Below, piece after piece: positions 1 to 10,547 of a stretch of 64,000 nt of DNA; position 1 is the stretch's first letter, and the number at the start of each line of letters is the position of its first letter. The notes below the pieces were generated by a model. It ran no database searches and was not told the DNA's origin. It saw nothing but the letters and a program-made list of their open reading frames with translations. The translations under genes and the position numbers were made by a program. Source of the DNA: an uncultured virus (IMG/VR IMGVR_UViG_3300037488_003510) (Duplodnaviria; Heunggongvirae; Uroviricota; Caudoviricetes); IMG/VR virus record IMGVR_UViG_3300037488_003510; one strand, written 5' to 3'.

Positions 1-310
1 TTGCCCGTGAGGTTGGGTGAGATGGCGCCCTTGAGGTCGGGCGAGATGGTGCCCTTGAGGTTGGGCGAGATGGTGCCCTTGAGGTTGGGCGAGATGGTGC
101 CCTTGAGGTCGTGTGAGATGGTGCCCGTGAGGTTGGGCGAGATGGCGCCCGTGAGGTTGGGCGAGATGGTGCCCTTGAGGTCGGGCGAGATGGTGCCCGT
201 GAGGTTGGGCGAGATGGTGCCCGTGAGGTTGGGCGAGATGGTGCCCTTGAGGTCGGGTGAGATGGTGCCCGTGAGGTTGGGCGAGATGGCGCCCGTGAGG
301 TTGGGCGATG
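1..310. repeat. 24-bp tandem repeat, about 13 copies
   Basis: Unit ATGGTGCCC[TG]TGAGGT[TC]GGGCGAG. Confidence 0.95.
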
Positions 311-386
311 GTGTGCCTTTTAGACCTGAGTGCCAACCGATTAAGGACATACGAGTAATTCTTCGAAGTGGTTTTTTTGTGGGCAT
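1..386 (-). CDS. Repeat protein with 8-aa [ND]L[TK]G[TA]ISP units, truncated at window edge
   Basis: Minus frame reads MPTKKPLRRITRMSLIGWHSGLKGTPSPNLTGAISPNLTGTISPDLKG...; same strand as neighbours; TCG/TCA variation is synonymous in this frame. Confidence 0.7.
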   Translation of the reverse strand, partial: MPTKKPLRRITRMSLIGWHSGLKGTPSPNLTGAISPNLTGTISPDLKGTISPNLTGTISPNLTGTISPDLKGTISPNLTGAISPNLTGTISHDLKGTISPNLKGTISPNLKGTISPDLKGAISPNLTG

Positions 387-410
387 GCTTGAGACTTTCT
401 CCAGAGCGGT

Positions 411-1007
411 TTAGGACCTATGAATTCTCTTGGCGCCTTGCTTCATTTTCCCCCACAGACCGTGCCAGTGGATGACATCGAGGTCCAGTTCTATGCTGGC
501 CATGGTGTCAACCCTGTAGCCACGAGAGGGGGAGCCTGAGCTGGATACTTTGGAGTAGAATTTGGCTCTTCGCATGGCGTCGCATATCATTCGAGCCCCA
601 TATTTGGATTTGGCAATGATTTTGGTGTTGAATGGATTAGTAGCCATGATGACTTTCCTTCTTAGGGAGGGTTGTCGGAGAATGGAAAGAAGATGATGCG
701 AGGATCTCGGCTCCCCCGTTAGTGGTAGCACGCAAGCATCGAACTCGCGGAAAGGCTCGATGAAGGACTTGCCGGTGTTGTATGAAAAGGAACCTTCGAA
801 CCTGAGAACAGCGTCCTTTTCGTAGCAGCGGCCATCAAGCGCTCGCACGAAGATTCCCCCCGGAACAGATTCCCAGTAAACGCTACCGTTTTTAGTTCGA
901 AGACTTCGCAGCACACTCTCGGCAAAATTGGCTTCCGTGAGGAGGAGTTTGATTCGAGGGGGGTCTTTTTCGGTGGACATGTAGAAGGTTTTACTCCTCT
1001 TGCGCAC
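411..1007 (-). CDS. Hypothetical protein
   Basis: 198-aa ORF in a minus-strand gene run. Confidence 0.55.
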   Translation of the reverse strand: MRKRSKTFYMSTEKDPPRIKLLLTEANFAESVLRSLRTKNGSVYWESVPGGIFVRALDGRCYEKDAVLRFEGSFSYNTGKSFIEPFREFDACVLPLTGEPRSSHHLLSILRQPSLRRKVIMATNPFNTKIIAKSKYGARMICDAMRRAKFYSKVSSSGSPSRGYRVDTMASIELDLDVIHWHGLWGKMKQGAKRIHRS

Positions 1008-1083
1008 CGTTCGTCAACATCCAAAAAGTACTTTTTTCAAAACTACCAGAAAACCTTAACGATTTCTGCTACTTACGGTGTTT

Positions 1084-1452
1084 TTAGGCGTTTGAAAACG
1101 GTTTTATCGTGACGGTCAAGCCTGCGGCCCGCAGGATGGCAGCCATTCGCCGCGAAGCGTGGAAATTCGCCGAATGTACGATGATGCTGTCTGGGTACTG
1201 CTTTTTGTCGAGCCATTGGGCGATGAACTCGGCAACCATCGTACCGTCACCAGGATCGTCGGACCGGCTCTTGTTCTTGAAGTCCCCAAGGTCATGGTCG
1301 AGACACAGCAGATTGAAGCGAGGTTTCTCCTGGAGAGCAGTGATCGCCTCGTCGGCCGTGTAGACGTGGGTCAAGCTGGCATCGGGCAGAATGTGGCGGA
1401 ACACATCGTGGCGGTTTTCGTTGTCGTCCAGCACGAGAACTCGGATTTTCAC
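1084..1452 (-). CDS. Stand-alone receiver-like protein (cyclic-phosphate-processing REC type)
   Basis: VLDD, LDHDLG, DG-x-x-VAEFI and HSAN motifs. Confidence 0.75.
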   Translation of the reverse strand: MKIRVLVLDDNENRHDVFRHILPDASLTHVYTADEAITALQEKPRFNLLCLDHDLGDFKNKSRSDDPGDGTMVAEFIAQWLDKKQYPDSIIVHSANFHASRRMAAILRAAGLTVTIKPFSNA

Positions 1453-1697
1453 ATATCACCTTCGCGTTTAGGTGGAGGGAGCATTGGTTTATGCAGATAG
1501 TAGGCTATTCGAAGGATGTCGAGATCCCAACCGCGCCGGCAAACAGGACACAGAAGAAATGCTCCTCGTGTCACCCGACGCTTCGCACACTTGCGACAAA
1601 GCATGGGAGTGTCGAGTCGCAGGTTAAGCGGTTCACTTTCGCCCAGATCGCAAGCGAGATTTCCTACTTCCCGAACTACTAGCTCTTTGCTTTCCAT
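1449..1697 (-). CDS. Small Zn-ribbon protein
   Basis: CRKC...CPVC; ATGA-type overlap with downstream gene. Confidence 0.55.
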   Translation of the reverse strand: MESKELVVREVGNLACDLGESEPLNLRLDTPMLCRKCAKRRVTRGAFLLCPVCRRGWDLDILRIAYYLHKPMLPPPKREGDM

Positions 1698-2310
1698 GTG
1701 AGATCTCTTTTTCGCCGGGATTTAAGATGGCCAACCAATCGATTCTAAGACAAGGACTTCGAGCCCAAGCCTTGTATCCGTTCTTCGCTTGGCTATCAGC
1801 TAGAGGCTTCAGTATCGCGCTTAGTTCTGTATCCGTTGGCACACGAGCTGTAAACAAGAGCCTCAAACAACGGTGTAGCAACCGTGATTGAAACTCTCGC
1901 AGTTTTTTGGAGTACAACACCTTTTCGCCAGTTCGAGCGATGACGTCTAGCACCTCTTCTGAGCCCACTCTTTTCGCTTTGACAATCCAACCGTCGTTAT
2001 CGTGCTTACACGACAGATGGTAAGGTTGTATGTTGGTTGGAACTATGAAGGATAAGCCATCCTCACTGCGATCTTGCGAACACAGTAGTTGCACCAACCG
2101 CTTGAGGTGGATGTTCATGGCCGACTTTTGACCGAGTCGACAGTGGGTACAATCGTCGGACCATACCACCGGAATGGAAAATTTCTTGGGATGGTAAACC
2201 ACTCCCTTGAGAACTCCACCCTGCTCTATTGACAGAATCTCATACCCCGAGGTCGCGTCGGAGTAGACGAGTGCCTTTAGGTGGGCACTTCTTCCATTGC
2301 TAAGATCCAT
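1633..2310 (-). CDS. Hypothetical protein (start uncertain)
   Basis: Long ORF, probable start MDLSNG. Confidence 0.5.
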   Translation of the reverse strand: MDLSNGRSAHLKALVYSDATSGYEILSIEQGGVLKGVVYHPKKFSIPVVWSDDCTHCRLGQKSAMNIHLKRLVQLLCSQDRSEDGLSFIVPTNIQPYHLSCKHDNDGWIVKAKRVGSEEVLDVIARTGEKVLYSKKLREFQSRLLHRCLRLLFTARVPTDTELSAILKPLADSQAKNGYKAWARSPCLRIDWLAILNPGEKEISHGKQRASSSGSRKSRLRSGRK

Positions 2311-2535
2311 AACACCGCCGCTTCTGGGTTGACAGCCAACGTAGCCTGTAGAAGTCGATCTTGATCTGGGGACAGGTGATGTACGATCTCCTCGAAGGCT
2401 TCGTATGGCACTCCAAAGTGGCATTCGAAGGCTTCCTCACTGGTAGTCCAGTCATCATTGTTCTGACCAGAATTGCTAGTGAAGACACCTAGGGCCTTAC
2501 GGATGGAGGACAAAGCCCCGAGGAGATCCATGAGG

Positions 2536-3171
2536 CTAGCTCGTAGGTGCGCTCAGGTTGGACAAGGCGGCCAACGTCTCGGGCGACATGCCACCACCTG
2601 GAGGCAGAACGATGTTGTCCACGCCTGGAGGGGCCTCTGGAACGATAGGTCGTCCGGTTGTGGCAGCCAAGTCAACGGCTTCGCCCTGGGGCAAAGTCGT
2701 GGCAACTCCAGAGGGCGCGATTACGCGGGTGCCTTGGGCGGTGATGACCACATTGGCTACACCTGGCTGGATGGTGACTTCGGGCATACCTGAGAGTTGG
2801 GAGGGCGCCAACGTCGGCTGAGAGATGGCGGTGGGTGGCGGCAATACGGGAAGACTGCCAGGTGTAGCTGGTCTCGTTGGAGTGTGATGCACGGGAGCAA
2901 AATGTTGTTCCGTAGGAGCAGTAGGAACAGGGGGCTGCACAACTGGAGCAGGCGCGACAGGTGCTACTGGAGCAGCAGCTGGACCTTCTGGACTTTGGGC
3001 CTCATAAGCTGAGTAGATCGCATGCTGCAACAGGTAGTTGAGAACATTGAAGAGCCGTTGAGTTGCGGCTTGAAGGGAGTATTGGGTTGAGGCGTTTTGA
3101 AGATCGTTCTTCAGTAGCGGCATCTCCTTTTGGGCAAAGTCAATCAGTTCTCGTAGATACTTCTGGGACAT
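2536..3171 (-). CDS. Pro/Ala-rich protein
   Basis: 211-aa ORF, AGGAG SD. Confidence 0.7.
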   Translation of the reverse strand: MSQKYLRELIDFAQKEMPLLKNDLQNASTQYSLQAATQRLFNVLNYLLQHAIYSAYEAQSPEGPAAAPVAPVAPAPVVQPPVPTAPTEQHFAPVHHTPTRPATPGSLPVLPPPTAISQPTLAPSQLSGMPEVTIQPGVANVVITAQGTRVIAPSGVATTLPQGEAVDLAATTGRPIVPEAPPGVDNIVLPPGGGMSPETLAALSNLSAPTS

Positions 3172-3174
3172 GGG

Positions 3175-4296
3175 TCACTCTCCTTTGGTGGGTTTTTGAC
3201 TGCCTAACATATCAGCAAATCGACTTGTGAAATGCTGGACGTCATCTTCTATCTTTCTTATTTTAGGGTCACTACTTACGTTGCTAGTTGAATCAGACGC
3301 CATTCGCTCCGCGATGCTCTGAAACATTGGAATCGGTCTTGGTCCTTTTTCCTCATTAGAAGCGTTTAGCTGGCGTTTTCCAGGCTCAACGGGAGGAGGC
3401 AACTCGTTCTTGTGAGACAGTTCGACTTCTTTCTTTCGGTTACCGTCTAAGAATGAGTCCTTTTTCTTTTCATATTCAGTCAAGATTTCACTGAGCACGG
3501 CGGCTTGAGGAGCCGTCAAGGTGTTTCGCAGCATAGCTTGCTGCTCGTCAGACAAGTTCTCAAGCAATGCCGCCATTAACATGAACGAGCGGTCATTTTC
3601 GGGTAAGATCTGTTTGCCAGCCAGGCGATTGGCGATGATGGGGACCACGGACTTGAGCTGAGCGAATATACCGTCTTTGAAGGCAAGATCGGCTTCCGCT
3701 TTTTTCTCTGCCAGTCGGCGCTGATTGGAATGGTCAGCGGTGTCTTGCAGCAGCACCATGAAATCGACTTGCTGCTGCGAGAACTTCTCTACCATTTGAG
3801 CGAGTCTCTCGTTTTCTTTGCGAAGGGAATCCGTCATGTGGCTTTGACTGACAACCGTAGTTCGCATGATGCTTTCTAAGTGACGCATCAATTGCGAGGT
3901 AAGACCCTTTTCGGTCGGGGGCTCTGATGGAAGGATATCCCTTTCAATGTCTTCATCGACCGAGGTTACCCGGACGATTTTTCGGGGTGAGTAGCTCTGA
4001 TCGTTCGGAAAAAATGCCTGGATGCAGTACGATTGAATGCCGGCATTGAGGTCATTGGCATCGCGCTGCATGGCCTCGACGATGTTGTTGACCAGAGGGG
4101 GCAACTCTTCGGTGGCGCCCTCCTCGAATTTCACACTGAAGCTAGCAACGTCTCCCTGGAATTTTCGCTCGACGTTGAGGTGTCGTATCAGTATTTTGTT
4201 GCACCGACCGTGGGTTTTTGTGTCCGCAAACACAACGTGCTTATTCAGCCAGTCGGTGATCAATACCTCGGTAATTCCCTTGTTGCCAGTCTGCAT
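3175..4296 (-). CDS. Coiled-coil hypothetical protein
   Basis: 373-aa ORF, helical and charged. Confidence 0.75.
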   Translation of the reverse strand: MQTGNKGITEVLITDWLNKHVVFADTKTHGRCNKILIRHLNVERKFQGDVASFSVKFEEGATEELPPLVNNIVEAMQRDANDLNAGIQSYCIQAFFPNDQSYSPRKIVRVTSVDEDIERDILPSEPPTEKGLTSQLMRHLESIMRTTVVSQSHMTDSLRKENERLAQMVEKFSQQQVDFMVLLQDTADHSNQRRLAEKKAEADLAFKDGIFAQLKSVVPIIANRLAGKQILPENDRSFMLMAALLENLSDEQQAMLRNTLTAPQAAVLSEILTEYEKKKDSFLDGNRKKEVELSHKNELPPPVEPGKRQLNASNEEKGPRPIPMFQSIAERMASDSTSNVSSDPKIRKIEDDVQHFTSRFADMLGSQKPTKGE

Positions 4297-4373
4297 TGGT
4301 GGCGAAGGTTACTGCATGGGTTGTGGTCTCGTCAAGGGATTATCGTAAATGCGGAAGAGCGATCTGTGCGAAT

Positions 4374-4607
4374 TTACCGGAGGCCAGTGAGGCGCCCGAG
4401 TTCTTTTCCGATCTTTTTGTAGGCGCGCTTGACGACAGCGTATTCCTTTTTGACAGTGCTGCTGGCAGGCTTTCCGAAGGCGGCCTTGCCGACTTTGTGG
4501 TAGGTGCGCTTGACGGCGTTGTATTCGCGTCGGGTGGTGGCAATCTGATTAGGGCTGCCGCGACGAGCGGACTTCTTTGCGGTCGATTTCTTGGTCTTGC
4601 GTGGCAT
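4374..4607 (-). CDS. Small, very basic protein, putative nucleic-acid-binding core protein
   Basis: MPRKTKKSTAKKSARR..., AAGGAG SD, internal repeat EY.xVKR.Y.K.GK. Confidence 0.7.
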   Translation of the reverse strand: MPRKTKKSTAKKSARRGSPNQIATTRREYNAVKRTYHKVGKAAFGKPASSTVKKEYAVVKRAYKKIGKELGRLTGLR

Positions 4608-4653
4608 GGTGTTCTCCTTTGGGATGTGGAGCCCTCTATGAGGGCAGTTCGAC

Positions 4654-5115
4654 TTAGCGTATATGGACATTGGCGGGAAGTCCACCTACTTGATGCGCTC
4701 CTGCGTTGACATCGGTGGCAGGGGGAAGCATAGGGGCTATGGTTGGGGGTAGGCTGTGGGCATGGTTGACGTTGCCGGCGAAGACTTCGGCGGCGAGGCC
4801 ATGGCCGGTGGTAGAAGCCACTTCGGAGCCACGCAGGTCGAGGCGTTGGGCTTCGTCTCCCGAGAGATTGACAGTAGGCACCGAGGCAGCGCTGACGAGC
4901 ACGGTGCCGCTAGCCACATTGCCTAGGTGCTGGTTTCCGTGCTGTTGTTCGCCGTTGGAGTTCACGGACGATGCCGAGGAGATGTGGCCCGCGTTGGTGG
5001 GGGCTGGGGGATAAGCCTGGTCGGCCGGATTGATGGTCCCAGGGTTGTTGGAGGTGCTGATAGGGGCCACGGGAGAGTCAAGATTTGGAAGACATGGCAG
5101 ATTGTGTGGGTTCAT
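4654..5115 (-). CDS. Low-complexity hypothetical protein
   Basis: 153-aa ORF with AAGGA SD. Confidence 0.55.
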   Translation of the reverse strand: MNPHNLPCLPNLDSPVAPISTSNNPGTINPADQAYPPAPTNAGHISSASSVNSNGEQQHGNQHLGNVASGTVLVSAASVPTVNLSGDEAQRLDLRGSEVASTTGHGLAAEVFAGNVNHAHSLPPTIAPMLPPATDVNAGAHQVGGLPANVHIR

Positions 5116-5130
5116 GATTTTTCCTTTGAT

Positions 5131-5373
5131 TCAGTGTGGATAGTCTTCGACTTCACCTTTTGAGACGAGCAGATTTCTTCGTTCGCATTCTTTTTGAGCA
5201 TCTCGTTTGTAGCCATATCCCTTTCGAGTGTCCGCTGAAAGAGATGTGGTGTTGAAGCAGTACCATCCCGAAGGCCCCCAGTTTCTACTGACTTTTCGAT
5301 CTGGCCGTAGTTCGATTGGTACCCAGTGAATTACAGAATACTTTTCAACAATAGATTTGGTCTTGCGATTCAT
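5131..5373 (-). CDS. Hypothetical; homologous to N-terminal half of 17500..17991
   Basis: Shared WVP..L..DRKV...SGWYCF...AQKEC..RN. Confidence 0.7.
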   Translation of the reverse strand: MNRKTKSIVEKYSVIHWVPIELRPDRKVSRNWGPSGWYCFNTTSLSADTRKGYGYKRDAQKECERRNLLVSKGEVEDYPH

Positions 5374-5709
5374 GGTGGTTACTTCCCTGCCTATCCGGTT
5401 GACACCCCTGAATCAGCGCCCCTTGGCCGCTTGTATTGCACGGACTCGAATCTTTTCTTTGTCACCATCGAGAAGAAAAACATCAGTAACACAGCCGTTT
5501 TTGGCCTTTTTCTTGGCCAGCCGAGCAGCCTCGGTATGATCGTAAGCCAAGACTGGAAAAGCTAATCTTCCTCCGTCCTCTCTAAAGCCTCGTATTTGCC
5601 ATTTTCTTTGGGTCCTAGCTGTGGAAGTGTTCATGATGTCTCACCTTTCTGCTGTCCTATCGGTATTGTGGAGTGTGTGAACTGGATAAGCATGGTTACT
5701 TCTTCTGTT

Positions 5710-6036
5710 TCAGAATGGCAAGTCCTCATCGCCGAGAACAGGCTCCGGAACATGAATTGGTGTTCCAGATGAAGAATTTGGTATCCATCGTTCCCATGAT
5801 AGAGTGGTGTTTCGTTGGACCGGAGCCGGCTTTCCGTTCTCTCGCATGTACTTTACGATCTTAGTGAAGCCTTCATCCGAGAGAAAGTCAGATAGTGATG
5901 ATTCGGTTTTGTGCGTCTCGCAATAAGCAAGCTGGCTAAATCTAAGTATTACGGGAGTTGAGTTCTTCCGGACTCTCAGTTCCAGTACGGGCTGCCATGC
6001 TTCTGGCTTTTGGCAAGAATCCTTTGAGCAGGACAT
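5710..6036 (-). CDS. Hypothetical with Cys motifs and acidic DEDLPF tail
   Basis: CSKDSC...YCETH; SSB-like C-terminal tail. Confidence 0.6.
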   Translation of the reverse strand: MSCSKDSCQKPEAWQPVLELRVRKNSTPVILRFSQLAYCETHKTESSLSDFLSDEGFTKIVKYMRENGKPAPVQRNTTLSWERWIPNSSSGTPIHVPEPVLGDEDLPF

Positions 6037-6037
6037 G

Positions 6038-6691
6038 TTATCGTTGGGTGCTATTCGACAGGCGCCAGACCATTTGTTTGTACACCTCGGTCATGTCTCT
6101 TACACCTTTTTTCAGTTTGTTCGAGTCAGGTGCTACTGAAAGCGATTTCCATTCAGGTGGTATTGTCTCGTCAGACCGAGCGGAGATCCAACGGTTTTCT
6201 AGTAACCAAAGGGTATTTCTATCGTTCCAGTTTCCTGGGGGAGCGGGTTGTGGCTCAGAGGTTGACACGTCTCCCATGGTGAAGGTGCGAACAAGCTGTC
6301 CTGAAAAATGTGGGTATTTGAACAGAGACTCCGAGACGGTAATCTTTGGCCGCGCCATAGTCGCTATTTCCTTAGCTGTGCTATCGGCGAGCTGACGGAT
6401 GGCTTCTAGGCGAGCCTCATTGATCTCCATTGCAACCTGTTGTCTGTGGTTTTTGAGTAATTCTTTTGCTTCATTCGTTTTGTCTGGTTCGAAGCCGAAG
6501 GTTTGTTTGGCACATCCAGATCCGACGCTGTAGACTTTCCCAGTGTCGAGGTCTTTTACCTCCCACACGACAGCGTGTTCGGCTCCGCAGCGGTCGCAGA
6601 TGTGGCATTCGCCTTCTGTCAGAGGCATGCGTTTGCCGGACAGCCAATCGACCGGACGGAGGTCGTAATATCCAATTACCTTGACGTTCAA
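6038..6691 (-). CDS. Zn-finger hypothetical phage protein
   Basis: CDRCG...VGSGC. Confidence 0.65.
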   Translation of the reverse strand: MNVKVIGYYDLRPVDWLSGKRMPLTEGECHICDRCGAEHAVVWEVKDLDTGKVYSVGSGCAKQTFGFEPDKTNEAKELLKNHRQQVAMEINEARLEAIRQLADSTAKEIATMARPKITVSESLFKYPHFSGQLVRTFTMGDVSTSEPQPAPPGNWNDRNTLWLLENRWISARSDETIPPEWKSLSVAPDSNKLKKGVRDMTEVYKQMVWRLSNSTQR

Positions 6692-7185
6692 GGGTGTTTC
6701 TCTTCCTCGGGAATTTTCAGAACTGTTCCAGCATCATCAATGCACTTTCCAACTAGCCCCAGGGTTACGCGAATTGACTTTTCACTGGTATTTTCGAACA
6801 TGCCACAGTTGACAGTTTCACCTTTTCGATAGAATCGTTTCGGGTAGAGAACTGACTGCATTCGCCTGCCGTATGAGCAGAGAACAAGGGTGGCTGAGAT
6901 CTTCCGGCCGGTTCCTGGACCATTCATTTCATCGATGAATTGTTCGTGATGAAGAAACAGCACAGGTTTATCAGTCGAATCGATTGTGGACACGGCGATA
7001 AAGTCCAGTTCGAAGTCGCTTGCCATTGGGCTCGAAATGATTTCCGACTTTTCTCTAGGAGACATGTCGCGAGCGACGCCGATGCAACACATCATTGGTT
7101 TACCTTTCAGATGACTCCGGAAGGCATCATAATTGCCGATAATATCGAGATCGAGCAACTTGTCAAGGTCGTCTGAGATCTTCAC
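6688..7185 (-). CDS. Hypothetical protein
   Basis: Overlapping start/stop with both neighbours. Confidence 0.6.
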   Translation of the reverse strand: MKISDDLDKLLDLDIIGNYDAFRSHLKGKPMMCCIGVARDMSPREKSEIISSPMASDFELDFIAVSTIDSTDKPVLFLHHEQFIDEMNGPGTGRKISATLVLCSYGRRMQSVLYPKRFYRKGETVNCGMFENTSEKSIRVTLGLVGKCIDDAGTVLKIPEEEKHP

Positions 7186-7922
7186 TCGAAAGCCCCGTCA
7201 TCAATTGCCTCATTGAGAACTGACTGTAGGTTGTTTTCGCCATCTTTGAATTCCAGCAAACTTGTCGGAACGCCAACTTGTTTGAGGTTTTCTAGTTTCC
7301 CGTTGTCAGCGGCGTCTAGTCTCCAAAGGCAGACGTCGGAAGGAGTCATCATGGCGCCGTAGACATGGAACAAGTCAGTAAATGTGCTAGGTAAGATCTT
7401 AGTCGAACGATCTTTGGGCAGGTTGATGCCTTCGCGAAGAAGGGCATTTGTTACTTTGACTGGCACTAGATTTAGCGAAAGTCTAATCAAGTCTCCATCG
7501 TCAAGCTGGTCAGAGAAGAGGCGTCGCCATAGAAGCTCAACTCCTTTTTGGTGAGAACTTCCGTAGAAGAGATTTTGAGCAATGATACTTCGGGCGTATT
7601 CAACTCCCTCTTTGGTGAGAGTGCAGTTGAGGGGGCAGCCTATCTTTCGACCACTTGGGATTTGAATGGCGTTTACACATCCGTCTCCGCTGCCACAGTG
7701 AGCAGGGTTGTCCACGTATTCATCTCCGAAGGGTCCTTGTGGATAGTCATCAGTATCACCTGTGTTTCTAACGCCTTTTTCGTCGAGAGACTCGGCAATT
7801 TTGGCGCCACAGTCTTCGCAGTACAAATCTGCTTGATAGGCGTAGTATTTTGCACTCACAGGAACAAGGTCTAGCCAGGATGTGGATGTCATCAGAGTCT
7901 CCTTTAGAAACCTTCCCACCAA
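7182..7922 (-). CDS. Hypothetical phage protein
   Basis: YQADLYCEDC...DYPQGP...P.HC motif. Confidence 0.65.
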   Translation of the reverse strand: MVGRFLKETLMTSTSWLDLVPVSAKYYAYQADLYCEDCGAKIAESLDEKGVRNTGDTDDYPQGPFGDEYVDNPAHCGSGDGCVNAIQIPSGRKIGCPLNCTLTKEGVEYARSIIAQNLFYGSSHQKGVELLWRRLFSDQLDDGDLIRLSLNLVPVKVTNALLREGINLPKDRSTKILPSTFTDLFHVYGAMMTPSDVCLWRLDAADNGKLENLKQVGVPTSLLEFKDGENNLQSVLNEAIDDGAFE

Positions 7923-8461
7923 AGTTCTATCACGTCTATAGTTTCTCCATAGGGACGAGGGTCGCCTATTCTTACACCTTCAATTGGCCCTCCTCCATTT
8001 ACGGGTCCTAGATCGGGATCGTCGTATGGGCTATACATGTATACTAGAGCTTCTACGGGGAATTTTCGTAGTTCCGCAATCAATTCACCTACTGTTAAAG
8101 AGTTTTTCATGATTGTTGATTTCCGGTTAGGTTTAGGCGATGCGGCCGAGATCTTCCGCTCGAACGACGATCCGTTGTGACACGGAGGCATCCGGATCTT
8201 CGTCGTAGCTTTCCTCGATTCCCCAGGCTTTGGCATCGCCGCGATCCCAAGCAATCACGTCTATGTTCACAGGCTCTCCCGTAGATGGGAGTTGGTAGCC
8301 GGCCTTTTTCAAGGCGACGTGTCCAAGATAGCCTTCATTTACGAAGTCGGTGAATTCGCCATCGTCATTGGTGATTATCCATCCTCGTTTTGGGTTTCCG
8401 TTGCGATCTCTACCTGCATCGATGTAAATGGCGATCATATTGTTTCCTTTGGTGGTGAGGT

Positions 8462-9073
8462 TCATCCGTATTTCGTCGCTCGTTTTTCCGCCAAGGCAAG
8501 CTCTTTGGCGGCCTGCTGAGACTTCCTATACTGCCACAGGATGAGACCAGGATGGTACTCGTAATGCGCGAGGTCTACGAAATTTCCACCAGGTCCCTTG
8601 ATGACGTGGTCCCCGAGCCACACACCTCCGCGCTTGCGCACCTCATCGCCCACGAGGGCGTAGGCTGCCTTGTCGAGGTTCCCGCGACCATCCTTGATGA
8701 TTAGATGGAAAGCGCGGCCTACGGAGTGCCAGGAGAGGTTGCCAGGTGCGATGGCGCTGCGGCTGGCTGGAATCTTCAGTTCGTCCTCGCGGCTCCGGTA
8801 CGTCTCGCCGAGGATGGCTGGTATGCCGTTGGCGCGAGCCCAGGTCAAGATGGACTTGACGAACTCTTGGGTGGACGGTTCTAGAACTAACAGACGCTTG
8901 CGCTCGATGGCTTTCTGGTCAGCCGTCATTGTGAATACGGGTGTTACGGGTGGCACCTTCGGATCAAGCAGAGGAGCATTCAAGTCCTTGCCACGTATCT
9001 TATTGACGAGAGCGACCAAGATATCCATGTTGACAGTCCATTCTTTACCAATTCGAGTTAAAGGTATCGCCAA
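8462..9073 (-). CDS. M15-like (L-Ala-D-Glu) peptidase or endolysin-like protein
   Basis: ETYRS...SWHSVGRAFH...W.G...DLAHYE matches M15 pattern SxHxxGxAxD...DxxH, with D replaced by H. Confidence 0.7.
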   Translation of the reverse strand: MAIPLTRIGKEWTVNMDILVALVNKIRGKDLNAPLLDPKVPPVTPVFTMTADQKAIERKRLLVLEPSTQEFVKSILTWARANGIPAILGETYRSREDELKIPASRSAIAPGNLSWHSVGRAFHLIIKDGRGNLDKAAYALVGDEVRKRGGVWLGDHVIKGPGGNFVDLAHYEYHPGLILWQYRKSQQAAKELALAEKRATKYG

Positions 9074-9995
9074 CTAGCTCAGGATGATTCCTTACGAAGG
9101 AGTCCCAATCACAGATAGAAACAGTATCATTTCTGCGACAATAGACTAACGTGTTATCACCGTAAGGTTCATTAGGGGAAAGGAGCAGATGGGAGGGAGG
9201 TCGAGAGGTGTCGTTTACTGGGGAGAATTCCTCAACTTCGTTTTTACTTCCGATAATTTCGCCAATAGCGTTCATTGCCATAGTAACTCTCCACATTCGC
9301 GAGACAGGAGGTGAGTGGCGCCCGCCACGCCATACATCATCGCGACTGCCGGTCTTATAGTCTGAGATGGCATAGGAGTGGGCGGTACGGGGAGAGTGTT
9401 TGAGGATAGCATTAGCCAGTTCGTAGGTATCGTCAACGGACTGTCCTATTTTCACGATTATCTTGGCTTTTGTACGATCAAGCCCCAGCTCTTCACTCAG
9501 ACGTTTCAAACTTGGCATTTTCATGACGACCCCTTGTTCGAAGGATTTTTCCAGTCGCTAGAGAGCAGCAGCTTGATGCTCTAGCCATTCTCGTTCAACT
9601 CGTATTAGCTTGAGCCGAAGCTCGGCTCGATTACCTTTAGTCCATCCAACCATTCGGCGACCTTGAATCGCGAAGACGTTCCAGGCGTTCTTGGTTGTTG
9701 AATCGGTGACAGCAGCGAACGGTGAGTTTCCGATTCGAAGCACTCGTGTCCCATCGACGAGTACAGAGGACAGTGGACCCGTATGAGGGGAGGCAATTGG
9801 AGATTCAGTCATGTTTTTCCTTTTGCTTTTTCTACTCGTCGCAGGGTGTTTCCTGGGCCATTCGTCTTGCATCGTGCAAGTTGTTGAGTGCCTGTTGTAC
9901 GAGGCCGCACTCGGAGGCGTCTTTCGACTTGCTGACGTACCGTTGGATCTCCGAGATCATCTCTGCCAGCCAACGTGCTCTCTGTTTGCCGTTCA

Positions 9996-10547
9996 TCATT
10001 TGTACTTGTCCACGAGACGTTGAAGTTCCGCTAATTTGGAGTCCTTTTTCACCTTCTCCCTCGCCCTGGAGATCCCAATCGCAATGGCTTGCTTACGAGG
10101 ATACTTATGCGTCTCCATTTCCTCCTCAATGTACCTAGACGCCAGCTCGCGCGTCTTACCTTTGAGTTTCGGTTGTTTCTTCGACATGCCTTGTCCTTTC
10201 ATCTGTGCGTGTCTGAGGCGATCTTCGAGCCTCTTGGCTTCATCATGGGCGCGACTGTACGTCATCCCTCGGCGCATCCTTTCGACCTCCTGGCATTCAT
10301 GGAATGCTATGAAGCTCCATTCTGACTCATCAATCTGCTCGTCGATCCAGATTTCCTTGCGCGAGATGAATCGATAGCGGAACCCGTTGCCGCCTTGGCT
10401 GAAATCCGAATCGAAGTGGTTTCGCACGTAGGAGCCGTTTACGAGAGCTATCTGTAGTCCATGGGGACAGGTCTCTCCGAGGTATGATTTCCAGGGGAGG
10501 TCGGAAGGCATTTTCCAGACACGTATGGAGCGCCAGCCGGTTTTCAT
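9996..10547 (-). CDS. Hypothetical with HExxE motif and basic C-terminal module
   Basis: FHECQE...AHDEA; KQAIAIGISRAR. Confidence 0.6.
   Translation of the reverse strand: MKTGWRSIRVWKMPSDLPWKSYLGETCPHGLQIALVNGSYVRNHFDSDFSQGGNGFRYRFISRKEIWIDEQIDESEWSFIAFHECQEVERMRRGMTYSRAHDEAKRLEDRLRHAQMKGQGMSKKQPKLKGKTRELASRYIEEEMETHKYPRKQAIAIGISRAREKVKKDSKLAELQRLVDKYK

Noticed and set aside
1..414. Plus-strand ORF (MVPLRLGE repeats), or the repeat as a CRISPR array
   Set aside because: The repeats have no spacers. The minus frame has a proper start, matches neighbour orientation and absorbs variation synonymously.
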